Source of the DNA: Acidilobaceae archaeon
GTDB taxonomy: Archaea; Thermoproteota; Thermoprotei_A; Sulfolobales; Acidilobaceae
NCBI GenBank assembly: GCA_038824665.1
Contig: JAWBBK010000005.1
Coordinates: 1-64,000 of the forward strand
Reading direction: 5' to 3'
Length of the DNA stretch: 64,000 nt
The notes below the pieces were generated by a model. It did not search any database and had not been told where the DNA came from. It saw only the letters and a list, made by a program, of their open reading frames with translations. Positions 18,738 through 28,081 of the stretch are shown in pieces; within the stretch, counting starts at the first letter, position 1, and every line of letters begins with the position of its first letter. The translations under genes and the position numbers were made by a program.

Positions 18738-20332
18738 GGAACTTTCAAAACGTCGTCATCTTGAACGTAGTTCTTAGAGAGCTTGAGAGCGAGATCGGCT
18801 TTAGCTAGTTCGTAACCTAAATAGGCTGAATGCTCAGAATCCATTCCAACGAGTCTTATTAGAGCTCTGGCTAGGCTCATAGCGTGTCTTCCCTTAACTC
18901 CGTAGACTTTTCCTGAGTATTCTATATAATGAGCAATGATGACTTTCTCTTTATGGTCTACCGCTATCTTGACATAGCCTCTTTTATCCCACTTAGGCTC
19001 TATATAATCTACGTATTGAGCTTCTAGCTGTTCTTTTTCAAGAGATAAAGGAGTAGGACTTTTAATTATGAAAAGCCTGCTGTGATCAAGAGTTCCATGC
19101 CCATAGTACATAGCTGAAGAAACTCTGAGAGCCTCTCTCGCCTCAGCAGTAGTGTGAGCTAGCCTACCTTGCTCGTCGACCACTGAGTATATCGAGATTC
19201 CTAGCTCAACCGCTAACATCGTCAAAAGAGCTTGAGCTCCGTGAGTATCTGCAGGAAGAACGTCGAGAACGTTAGAAGCAGAGAAGACTAGAGGTAGACC
19301 TAAGCGTTTCAGCTCTGAGTATCTGACCAATGACGAAGAGAAATCGAAGAGAGGAACACCCAGAACAGGGTCTAGAGCTATCTTTGTGACCCCTTCGTCA
19401 AGTAAAGCTTTAGCTATAGACTCTAGGGTCGTTATATCTCTGTCTCCGACTAATACCGCTATTCCTTTATCTAAAGCTTTCGCTTTCAAGAGACTTTTTG
19501 CCGTCTCAACAGATACTACGACTCCGTCGGCTCCTGCGTCTAGCGCTCTTTCTGCGTGCTCTATGGTAGGAGCTTCAGCCAACAAGGGCTTTGTTGTGCT
19601 TTCTCTAACGACCGCTACTCTTTTCGATAGTTCCTGGGAACTCATATCGTAGGATGAGCCGACAGTTATGATATCAGCTCCTTCGAGCTCCACTCTTCTC
19701 ACTTCCTTTTCGAGTCTTTCTATAGGACATCTGTGCGAGAGTTCTGAAGAGAGAAGTACAGGAGGCCCTCGAAGTGGCACTGAGACCTCTCTCAGCTTGA
19801 AGGCTTCAACAAAGTCGATCCGTTTGAGGTCTGTACGTGTCCGTTCTTCAAGAGGCTTTACTTTATCTAGGTCTACCCCTCTCGCTATGAGGTCTAGCGC
19901 TGAGGTTAGAAGATGAGGAGAGCGAGGACCTTTCATTACCTTAGGCTTCGCGAGACTGACCTCTAAAATTGATGAGTCCCCTTCTACAGTTCCTGGAATC
20001 AGAACTACATCAAATCTCCTTAGCTTCTCGAGAAGTGCTGGGTCTCTCTCTATGAGACGTCTTAAGGAGTCTGTTGAGTGTCCAGCTATTGAGTGAATTG
20101 GAAGAGCTATCACTTCGACCTCTAAAGCTCCTTTCGATTTGTAGTTTTTAAGTTGAGCTTCTATCATAGGCTTAGCAGTTACGCTTGTGAGCACAGCTAC
20201 TCTGATGTCTAAAGACATCTCAAACGTACCCCGTTTTCCTAAAAGCTTAAGAGCATTCTCTTCTTTTAGCTTTTCTATACAGTCTCGAGATGTAAAGACA
20301 GATTTAGAGACGCCTATACAAGGACCAAGCAA
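18716..20332 (-). CDS. archaeal dihydropteroate synthase-related protein with a C-terminal DUF4346-like domain
   Basis: GADII, IALDPVL, C-terminal DKRGY...HSAYLGYELAKA...YVQD. Confidence 0.75.
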   Translation of the reverse strand: MLGPCIGVSKSVFTSRDCIEKLKEENALKLLGKRGTFEMSLDIRVAVLTSVTAKPMIEAQLKNYKSKGALEVEVIALPIHSIAGHSTDSLRRLIERDPALLEKLRRFDVVLIPGTVEGDSSILEVSLAKPKVMKGPRSPHLLTSALDLIARGVDLDKVKPLEERTRTDLKRIDFVEAFKLREVSVPLRGPPVLLSSELSHRCPIERLEKEVRRVELEGADIITVGSSYDMSSQELSKRVAVVRESTTKPLLAEAPTIEHAERALDAGADGVVVSVETAKSLLKAKALDKGIAVLVGDRDITTLESIAKALLDEGVTKIALDPVLGVPLFDFSSSLVRYSELKRLGLPLVFSASNVLDVLPADTHGAQALLTMLAVELGISIYSVVDEQGRLAHTTAEAREALRVSSAMYYGHGTLDHSRLFIIKSPTPLSLEKEQLEAQYVDYIEPKWDKRGYVKIAVDHKEKVIIAHYIEYSGKVYGVKGRHAMSLARALIRLVGMDSEHSAYLGYELAKADLALKLSKNYVQDDDVLKVPWEERRS

Positions 20333-20966
20333 GCCTGTTCGATAAAGCCCGCAGACCTAAAAGACCAGGATACGGAGCTGTACGACCTTTTCTTATAGCT
20401 TCTAACACACTATCGGCATTTGCCGAGTCTGAGTCCACAAGCGAGAATGCGGCTCCAACCTCTTCAGGAACATGAGCATCGCTTGACGCGAGCCAGGCAG
20501 CTTTCACTTTATCCGCTAAAATAAGCGTAAGCAGGTTGAACACAGGTAGACTGCTGGCGTTCCAGACCTCAACTCCATCAAAAAAGCCTCGTTCAGTGAA
20601 GATCTTCGTTCTCACGCTGCTCTGAGTGACGTCGAAAGGGTGAGAGGCTATGAGAACACAGTTGTCTTTAGAAGCTCGCTCCTTTAACTCATAGGGATCT
20701 CTTGAGAGAATCCACTGTGGCGCTTTCTCGCAGAGGACCAGTATGTGACCCCACTCTGTACTGACTTCTGCTCCAGCCAACACTAAGATCTTGTCTACAG
20801 AAAGTCTAGAGTACCTTTGAGCGGCTATAGATCCTTTAAAGGTGTCGTGATCAGTTATAGCTACTACGTCAAGTCCTCTCTTTTTAGCCAAGAGGATCAC
20901 TTCATGAGGCTCTATAGACCCGTCGCTCTCAGTACTGTGAACATGAACGTCCGCTTTTAACATCAT
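20304..20966 (-). CDS. PHP-domain metal-dependent phosphoesterase
   Basis: DVHVHS..SDG, AITDHD, GAEV, SHPF, SSDAH. Confidence 0.9.
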   Translation of the reverse strand: MMLKADVHVHSTESDGSIEPHEVILLAKKRGLDVVAITDHDTFKGSIAAQRYSRLSVDKILVLAGAEVSTEWGHILVLCEKAPQWILSRDPYELKERASKDNCVLIASHPFDVTQSSVRTKIFTERGFFDGVEVWNASSLPVFNLLTLILADKVKAAWLASSDAHVPEEVGAAFSLVDSDSANADSVLEAIRKGRTAPYPGLLGLRALSNRLAWSLYRRL

Positions 20967-20990
20967 TTTTAGGAAAGCCTCTCAAACGCT

Positions 20991-22109
20991 TTAGTAGTAC
21001 TCTAACATCTTCGGTCTAACGCTTACACCCAGACTCTCCAGCCCTTCGTATAGCATCTTGAGTGAATCATAATCAGATTTTGTATGTAGAGGCGGATGTT
21101 TGAAATAGAAAGCTGAAGCCCAAGCGACACTACCGCCTATTCCGATATCTCTAAGCACTTTAGCTATCCTAATCACGTCTACCAACACAGCTGTAGCCAT
21201 GGCTTTATCGTCTACTTTGAGCTTAACCTCTATCTCTACATCGAGACCTGCGAAAGCTTTAGCTCTCATATACATGTACGATATTTTGGTGTTACCAAGG
21301 AACGGAACGAACCCACTGGGACCTGCGAACACCTTGCCTTCTTTAAGCAAAACCTGAGGTTCTTCTTGAGTAGAAGCTACAGCCATGGTCTTACTGACCT
21401 TTTTGCTGCTCAGTCTATCCAAGACGAGCATGTTTTTGAAGTCTGTGTTACCGCCGACGTTGAGCTGATAGGTTTCAAGAAGTCTAGCTCCTCTCATTCT
21501 GATCAAGCTGGCTAGAGCTCTGTGAACTATTGTAGAGCCTAGCTGACCCTTTATGTCGTCACCCAAAATAGGAGCTCTCTTCTCCTCAAATAGTTTGAGA
21601 AGTTCACTAGGCTGACTAGCAACGAAAACAGGTATCGCATTTATGAAAGCAACACCAGCTCTAGCTGCTGCTTCAGCATAGAAGTGTGTAGCCTCTTCGC
21701 TACCTACAGGCAATAAGTTCACTAAGACCTCAGTTCCGCTGTCTTCTATATCTTTAGCCACCTCATGAACTGTGGGCTCAGGAGCTTTGAGGGGTCTAAA
21801 GTCTTCTTCCATATGAAGCGCTACTCCATCGAGAACCCTTCCTAGTCTTACTTCAACGCCAAGTTTAGGAACTTCGGCTATCTTGGGAACTACGTTGGGA
21901 TAAGCAAATATAGCTTCAGAAAGGTCTTTACCCACTTTGTCTCTAGAAACGTCAACAGCATATGAGAACTCTATGTCTGTAACCTTAAAGCCTCCTATGT
22001 CTTCATGTATTAGACCTTCGCTAGTTTCTAGACGTTTGTAGTAGAACACGCTCTGAACTAGCATAGAGGCTATGTTACCAACTCCTACTATACCTACTTT
22101 TATACCCAC
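20991..22109 (-). CDS. ino1: myo-inositol-1-phosphate synthase (true start probably GTG 22109 or TTG 22118)
   Basis: IVGVGNIAS, LPVGS, GDDIKGQLG, QLNVGGNTDF. Confidence 0.92.
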   Translation of the reverse strand: MGIKVGIVGVGNIASMLVQSVFYYKRLETSEGLIHEDIGGFKVTDIEFSYAVDVSRDKVGKDLSEAIFAYPNVVPKIAEVPKLGVEVRLGRVLDGVALHMEEDFRPLKAPEPTVHEVAKDIEDSGTEVLVNLLPVGSEEATHFYAEAAARAGVAFINAIPVFVASQPSELLKLFEEKRAPILGDDIKGQLGSTIVHRALASLIRMRGARLLETYQLNVGGNTDFKNMLVLDRLSSKKVSKTMAVASTQEEPQVLLKEGKVFAGPSGFVPFLGNTKISYMYMRAKAFAGLDVEIEVKLKVDDKAMATAVLVDVIRIAKVLRDIGIGGSVAWASAFYFKHPPLHTKSDYDSLKMLYEGLESLGVSVRPKMLEYY

Positions 22110-22185
22110 CGTACCCAACCCTCTTTCATGCACGTAAATAGGAAGCTTAAAGCTCTTTTCTGTTCGTAAATAGTCGGGAGGAAGT

Positions 22186-22509
22186 TTGGAGACCAAAGCC
22201 CTTTCCAGACTTAAAAGAAAGCTCACAACAGAGAATCTCTGGATGTATATCGTTAAGGTGCTAGCGGACGAGGGAGATATGCGAGCATATGATGTGATCA
22301 AAAGGGTTAGAGAAAGGTTTTCTATAGGAGTAGCTACCGTGACTGCTTACGTAGTGTTATACAAAATGTCTAGAGAGGGCTTGATAGAACGCTATTCGTC
22401 TGCGTCTGGAGAGACTCTTTACAGAGCTACTGAAAAAGGAAAGACTGCTCTGAAAGAAGCTATATCGTTTTTCAAAAAGCTCTCTGAAGAACTTGATCCT
22501 GAAAAGTGA
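22186..22509 (+). CDS. PadR-family transcriptional regulator
   Basis: wHTH pattern AYDV...YVVLYKMSREGLI...YRATEKG. Confidence 0.85.
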   Translation: METKALSRLKRKLTTENLWMYIVKVLADEGDMRAYDVIKRVRERFSIGVATVTAYVVLYKMSREGLIERYSSASGETLYRATEKGKTALKEAISFFKKLSEELDPEK

Positions 22510-22510
22510 G

Positions 22511-23164
22511 CTACTCGAAAACGAACTGAGAAAGCCACGTGGCTAGGATAGCTAAAAGCACACCCGAAAGCGTCAATAAAGCTATTGAGCCTAAGCTTGT
22601 ATACATCATCATATTCGAAATGACGTTCTGTGCATAGGGAGCGCTAAGAGCGAGAACTATAGTGGGAATTAGGAGACTTCGAGCCTCAATGTATACAGCT
22701 AAAGCCGAGGAGAAAGCAGCAACTGCTGAAAAGTAAATTGCTGAAACCGCAATTATGAAAAACATTGATAAGAAAATGTTTAATCCTGCTCCACTGAAGA
22801 AAGTAGAGCTGGTTAAAGCTATGAAGCTAAAAGTTTCAAGCAGTATTAAAGTGAAGAGGAGCTTTGAAAAGAACATCGTCTCAGAGCCTATAGGTAAAGC
22901 TTTAAGTCCGTAAAGAGTACCTCTATCAGCTTCTCTTACGAAGCCCATTATTGCTGTGAAAACCGCTAAAAAGAGCTGAATGAGTATAAGTGAGGACCCT
23001 ATAATAGCTTGAAGAGTATAGTCGTCTATTGCGTATCTTGAGGCAACGTAGCCAGAAAAGCTTGCTGCACTGATAGCGAATACAATAGCTGATACGAATT
23101 CTAAAGGTCTACGAGACTCAATTAATAGGTCTTTCCAAAGCAAAACAAAAACCTTATAGACCAA
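22511..23164 (-). CDS. ccmB: haem exporter permease CcmB
   Basis: KDLLIESR, FVREADRGTL; six TM helices; in the ccm operon. Confidence 0.85.
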   Translation of the reverse strand: MVYKVFVLLWKDLLIESRRPLEFVSAIVFAISAASFSGYVASRYAIDDYTLQAIIGSSLILIQLFLAVFTAIMGFVREADRGTLYGLKALPIGSETMFFSKLLFTLILLETFSFIALTSSTFFSGAGLNIFLSMFFIIAVSAIYFSAVAAFSSALAVYIEARSLLIPTIVLALSAPYAQNVISNMMMYTSLGSIALLTLSGVLLAILATWLSQFVFE

Positions 23165-23819
23165 CTCTCTTGACCGTGCCTCCTTCTATAACAAACGCCT
23201 TTATGTCTAAACCTTTCTTTTTTAGATAAGATAAGTCTGAATCAACATTAGGCGACGTTAACAAAATAGCTTTGTCTCTCTTGCTTAACTCTAAGAGGAT
23301 TTCGCTTACGCCTTCTCTCCCCTCTACATCGAGACCAGCAAGAGGCTCGTCTAGGAGAATTACTGAGGGGTCTCCTAACAGAGCTCTCACAAAATCTGCT
23401 CTCTTCTTCCATCCAAAGCTGAGTTCAGCTACTCTCTTCCCAAAATACTTTCTAAGCCCTAGAGCTTCTACGAGTTCTATAACTGAACCGTCAACGTCTG
23501 AATCTTTCAACTTAGCGTAGTACTTTAGGTTCTCTTCTACAGTGAGTTCTGGATAAAGCATAGGCTCGTGTAACATCACTCCTATCTCTCTTTTGATGTT
23601 TCTGTTTTTAACGTTTACTCCTTTGACAAAAACTTCGCCATGCGTAGGAGATATGAGACCTGCTCCAAGCTTTACGAGAGTAGTTTTACCTGACCCGTTT
23701 GGACCAAAAATCAGAGCTACGTCTCCTAAGCTTAAAGACAGGTTAACAGAGTTCAAAATAAAGGAGTCAGTTGTGTACTTTTTCCATACATCCCTATATT
23801 CAATCAGAACAGCAACCAT
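23154..23819 (-). CDS. ccmA: haem ABC exporter ATPase CcmA
   Basis: GPNGSGKTT, LYPELTVEENL, LLDEP; coupled to ccmB. Confidence 0.85.
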   Translation of the reverse strand: MVAVLIEYRDVWKKYTTDSFILNSVNLSLSLGDVALIFGPNGSGKTTLVKLGAGLISPTHGEVFVKGVNVKNRNIKREIGVMLHEPMLYPELTVEENLKYYAKLKDSDVDGSVIELVEALGLRKYFGKRVAELSFGWKKRADFVRALLGDPSVILLDEPLAGLDVEGREGVSEILLELSKRDKAILLTSPNVDSDLSYLKKKGLDIKAFVIEGGTVKRVGL

Positions 23820-23843
23820 TAGTCTATCCTCCCTAGCTCTTTG

Positions 23844-24266
23844 CTAACCGCGTTTAGCTGGCGGACTCCCGTAACCTTCATGACATGGAACCATTATGTC
23901 TCTTACATCTATAATCTGAACTTCTGGATAGAAGACCCCTTTGACCACAATCTCTCTTCCTATCATCCAGTCTCCTGGAGCTTGTTTATGCATAACCACG
24001 AACTGATTGTAGTTGAACCTGACGTTGACTATTGCAGAGCTGTCTTTCTTGCTAGTGAGCTTTATGTAGAGAACTCCCTCTTCAGGCTTACTTTCATAGC
24101 TAATTATGACCCCAGTTACGGTCACAGTACACGGTCTGTTTATGCTCGCAAGATCGACCACGTCTAAATATCTTCCACTTGTCACCACAGAATACATTGT
24201 GAACCCTATCACAGCTATTAATGCCAGAACTATAACGAATGAGACAATGTTTTGTTTCGAAACCAC
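23844..24266 (-). CDS. ccmE: variant haem chaperone CcmE (CxxxY type)
   Basis: N-terminal TM, OB-fold pattern, C-terminal CHEGY. Confidence 0.8.
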   Translation of the reverse strand: MVSKQNIVSFVIVLALIAVIGFTMYSVVTSGRYLDVVDLASINRPCTVTVTGVIISYESKPEEGVLYIKLTSKKDSSAIVNVRFNYNQFVVMHKQAPGDWMIGREIVVKGVFYPEVQIIDVRDIMVPCHEGYGSPPAKRG

Positions 24267-25451
24267 CTACAGCCCCCTAAATATAAGGATCACTATAGCT
24301 AATAGAGTTAGCGCATAAAGTAGTGCTGAAGCCGCCACACACCATGCTGTAACTACCTCTATAGAAGACGCTATGACCTCGCCACCTGTAACCACTCCTT
24401 CAATCACTACATAGTGACCGAGCAGTGTAACCACCCAGTTAGTCGTCTCACCACGTCTGATCTCGACCTGAGGAGGATCGATCACAAACTTTCCGTTGTA
24501 TTCAACCGGTACTTCTCTGTCTCCGCTTAGAACCTTTAGCTTTAACTCGTAGGTCTTCGTACTTTCATCTAGTTTCAAAAGCTCAGCGTGTATCACTGTT
24601 CCGAAGAACCTAACGTTCGCTCCTTCTCTTAACTCAGTCGCAGCTTCAGTCATAAAGCCCATTACTATCGGAAGAGAGGACAATATTGCAGCTATTAGAA
24701 CAAAAGCTGGAACAACTAGGATTAGCTTCGGGACTTCTATACCTTTCGTGACTCTCAAATACAAAGTTCTAGCTAATAAAGCTCCTAAAGTCAACACTAT
24801 AACCGCTCTGAGAAGCATGTAGGCTATCGAGAAGGAGCCCGCTCTAAAAGTTTCTCGAGGAGTTGGGTGTAGAGCCTCAACTACTTGAGGCAAGACAAAA
24901 CTCAAGGGAATCGTGACATAAGCGGCTACGGCATAAGCCATAGAGACCTTGGTGGCCACATCTGGATCCTTAACGCTAGACCGTATTATATAGTAGACGA
25001 TGTAAGCTATGAGAAGGAACAAAATGCTTGTCTGTCTCGGGTCCCAGGACCACCAGGTTCCCCACGACTCTACTGACCAAAGAGTGCCAGTAATCCAAGT
25101 GACAGCTCCGTAAAGCCATCCAATCGTTATGCTAACATGTGCTATTCTCTCCATCCTGGCATCTCTCCGAATTAAGTACAAGATCGCAGCGACGAAAGCT
25201 ATTGTGAAGAAGAGGTATGTAGCCCATCCCAGCTGGATGTGAACGTACATGTTCTTATAAGCAGTAGGAGACCCTCTATCTACATACGATGGAAAAGCTC
25301 CTTTAGAGACTCCATAAATCAGTGTGAAAGCGTCAACTAAAGCTAGTAAGATCATTCCGTAGAGCAGAGCCCTTGGAATGCTTGAAGAGAAGGTAGTCAT
25401 GACAGAAAGCCCTCGTTGTTTTATATCTACAAACTTAATATGTTTTCCCAA
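24267..25451 (-). CDS. ccmC: CcmC with a fused C-terminal CcmE-like OB-fold domain
   Basis: YVH, WGTWWSWDPR (WWD motif), LHP; then a ~100-aa soluble insert and a final TM helix. Confidence 0.85.
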   Translation of the reverse strand: MGKHIKFVDIKQRGLSVMTTFSSSIPRALLYGMILLALVDAFTLIYGVSKGAFPSYVDRGSPTAYKNMYVHIQLGWATYLFFTIAFVAAILYLIRRDARMERIAHVSITIGWLYGAVTWITGTLWSVESWGTWWSWDPRQTSILFLLIAYIVYYIIRSSVKDPDVATKVSMAYAVAAYVTIPLSFVLPQVVEALHPTPRETFRAGSFSIAYMLLRAVIVLTLGALLARTLYLRVTKGIEVPKLILVVPAFVLIAAILSSLPIVMGFMTEAATELREGANVRFFGTVIHAELLKLDESTKTYELKLKVLSGDREVPVEYNGKFVIDPPQVEIRRGETTNWVVTLLGHYVVIEGVVTGGEVIASSIEVVTAWCVAASALLYALTLLAIVILIFRGL

Positions 25452-25534
25452 CTACTAAATTATATTGTGAACGATAAATTGAAAATCCGAAACCTTTAAA
25501 ACCAGTTAAGGATCTTCTCTTATACCCAGAGAGC

Positions 25535-26254
25535 GTGGTCAGGTTGAGCTTAAGAACGAAAGTAAGCTCAGTTCTCTCAACAGCCATTAGCGATATGAGA
25601 GTCAAGCTCTTCCTGCTCGTAATCCTTGTGGTTTTAGCTACTTATGGGGCTCTCGCGTTTTATGATCATGATCCAAGGTCTAATGTCTTTTGTGTTCTCT
25701 TCTGTCACAACATGAGACCTTTTTACGACGAATTCAAAGTCAGTCCTCACTCCAACTTCAATTGTCATGTATGTCATGGTGGCGGTATAAGCGGGATAAT
25801 AAGAGCTATGACTCACGAACTTCCGTCTCAAATCCTCAAAAGGCCTTCAGCTGCCGAGATCGCTGCCAGAACTCTCCATCTCTACGAGGAGTGTACACAA
25901 TGTCATAAAGAGAACCTTTTAACCAAACTAGAAATCCATAGGATTCATCTTGGGGTTGCGAGACAGCTATCGTGTTCTGCATGCCATAGCAGACATCTAG
26001 TCAATTTAATCCGCAATGATGACTGTACTCAATGTCACCCCTACGATAGGACTTTGAGAGTTCATGCAGAGTTCCATCTCATAGCTCAGCTTAGTCTAGA
26101 GAAAGGCATAATAAACTGTGAAAGATGTCATACAATCACCGATCCAGCTCATGTGAGATACGCGGTACAGGGCGCTTCTTGTTTCGACTGTCATGGAGCT
26201 TTAAGACCTGTTTCTATAGCTGGAAGGAACTGTGTAGAATGTCATTCAAAATAG
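25535..26254 (+). CDS. membrane-anchored multihaem cytochrome c (7 CxxCH + 1 CX3CH), NapC/NirT-like N-terminus
   Basis: TM helix, then CVLFCHNM, CHVCH, CTQCH, CSACH, CTQCH, CERCH, CFDCH, CVECH. Confidence 0.9.
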   Translation: MVRLSLRTKVSSVLSTAISDMRVKLFLLVILVVLATYGALAFYDHDPRSNVFCVLFCHNMRPFYDEFKVSPHSNFNCHVCHGGGISGIIRAMTHELPSQILKRPSAAEIAARTLHLYEECTQCHKENLLTKLEIHRIHLGVARQLSCSACHSRHLVNLIRNDDCTQCHPYDRTLRVHAEFHLIAQLSLEKGIINCERCHTITDPAHVRYAVQGASCFDCHGALRPVSIAGRNCVECHSK

Positions 26255-26300
26255 CTTAAAGCGCTGTTTTTGCTTTAATTCTATTTCTTTGTGTAAAGCC

Positions 26301-26642
26301 TTAACTCTTAGCCTTTTTTGTGATTGCGTTCATATACTCTAGAAGCGTTTTAAAAGACTCCTGACCTCCTGCCACTTCTCTCAGCACTTCTAGTGCTTTA
26401 GCTCTGTCTTGAATAAAGAGCAGATCAAAGCTCTTTTTGTACCTTACATAAGAGAGCAGATCAAGTCTGAGCGTAAGCCCATAGAGGTTCTTGTCAAACG
26501 CAGAGAAATCTGTTTTCGTCATTTTGCTGAACTGTCCAAAATCGCTCTCACTTGGCTGTTCCTCCAAAAGCTTAAGCAATCTCAACACCGACCGTATAAC
26601 AGGCTTTGAAAGCTTGGATTTCTTTAAGGTTGAGTTCGTCAT
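26301..26642 (-). CDS. hypothetical protein
   Basis: 113-aa ATG ORF, helical character. Confidence 0.5.
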   Translation of the reverse strand: MTNSTLKKSKLSKPVIRSVLRLLKLLEEQPSESDFGQFSKMTKTDFSAFDKNLYGLTLRLDLLSYVRYKKSFDLLFIQDRAKALEVLREVAGGQESFKTLLEYMNAITKKAKS

Positions 26643-26702
26643 GAATTCCTGATAAAAGCTATAAAAACCGTGTGGTCTGCTTAAGACTCTCCGACCCTGG
26701 TC

Positions 26703-26963
26703 TTACTCCTTTTCTTCTTCAATGTTGATTGCGAAACTCCAAGCGATGATGCTGATCAGGAGGAGAGCTAGCTGAAGAACTAAGGCTATCGTGAGCTTCT
26801 GAGAAGTCTGAGATATGCTACTGCCTTCAGCTAAAAACGGAGGAGCTACAGGTTTGAGACTAGCGACTATAGAGACTCCTAGAAAACCGGTAGCCATCAG
26901 CACTAACGCAAACGAAGCCAAAATGCTCTTTACGTCCATTTGTTGTCCACTCTCCAGCAACAC
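26703..26963 (-). CDS. hypothetical two-TM membrane protein
   Basis: Two hydrophobic segments. Confidence 0.5.
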   Translation of the reverse strand: MLLESGQQMDVKSILASFALVLMATGFLGVSIVASLKPVAPPFLAEGSSISQTSQKLTIALVLQLALLLISIIAWSFAINIEEEKE

Positions 26964-27163
26964 ACTGTTCTTCTCGAACTCTACGATCTCGCTGATTCAA
27001 CTAAAGCTTATAATGATTCAAAGGAGTTTGACGCCAAAAAGAGTCTTTTTGCCTTAATACTAAATGTAGGTGGTTTAAATTCTTAGTCAAAGAGGTGATT
27101 TAGTCTGTTCCTCAACACAAATAAGAGCTTCCAAATAAGAAGGGTTTAGCGTGGGACAAGAGG

Positions 27164-28081
27164 TTGTCCAAAGCTTTCGCAATAGTTGCTGAAGGTTTAG
27201 CCAAACAATATAGCAACGGGACTTGGGGTGCGATAGACATATCCTTCGAGGTGAAAAGAGGAAGTGTTTGTGTACTGCTAGGTCCAAACGGAGCAGGCAA
27301 AACCACGACTATAGGAATATTAACCACTTTGCTAAGACCTACTCGAGGAAGAGCTCTTGTTGAAGGATATGATGTAGTCAAAGAATCCCAAAAAGTTCGT
27401 GAGATCTCAGCTCTAGTCCCTCAGGACGGAAGACCTGATGGCTACTGGACTCCTAAAGAGGCTGTAAAGTGGTATCTCGCTATAAGAGGCGCTAGTCTCA
27501 GCACTGCTGAGAGAGAAGCAGATTACTGGATCGAGCATCTCGACCTCTCTAGCGTTAAACACGTCCCTATAATGGAGCTAAGCGGAGGACAGAGAAAAAG
27601 AGTTCTGCTAGCTATGGCTTTAGCCTCAAACGCTCATGTGCTCTTTCTAGATGAGCCTACAAGCGGGCTCGATATAGAAGGTAAACACCTTCTCCTCAAA
27701 ACCATAAGAGAGATCGCTAGAGACGGTAGAACAGTAGTTATCACAACCCACGATATAGAAGAGGCTGAGATAGTAGCGGACTTTGTGGTTTTAATAAACA
27801 AAGGGAAGACCGTAACGAAAGGTACTCTAAATTCGCTCATAGAGAGTCTGCCTTATAGATGTAAGGTAGTAGCTAGAAGCGAAGTTCTCGATAGAGTTAA
27901 AGCCTCTGCGAGCTTATTGCTCGGAGACTCCGTAACTTTCTACTTCTCGAGCTGTGAAGAAGCAGAGTCTATAGCTAGAACTCTAGGACTGTTCGTAAAG
28001 AAAGTAGGATTGTTCGACGTGTATCTCTACTACATTAACGAGGGAGCACAGAAATGGCTTCAGAGAGAAAAGGGATTTTGA
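27164..28081 (+). CDS. ABC exporter ATP-binding subunit
   Basis: GPNGAGKTT, LSGGQ, LDEPT, TTH. Confidence 0.93.
   Translation: MSKAFAIVAEGLAKQYSNGTWGAIDISFEVKRGSVCVLLGPNGAGKTTTIGILTTLLRPTRGRALVEGYDVVKESQKVREISALVPQDGRPDGYWTPKEAVKWYLAIRGASLSTAEREADYWIEHLDLSSVKHVPIMELSGGQRKRVLLAMALASNAHVLFLDEPTSGLDIEGKHLLLKTIREIARDGRTVVITTHDIEEAEIVADFVVLINKGKTVTKGTLNSLIESLPYRCKVVARSEVLDRVKASASLLLGDSVTFYFSSCEEAESIARTLGLFVKKVGLFDVYLYYINEGAQKWLQREKGF

Noticed and set aside
22110-22301. N-terminal extension of the 436-aa ino1 ORF
   Set aside because: Overlaps the divergent PadR gene and promoter; homology begins at IKVGIVGVG.
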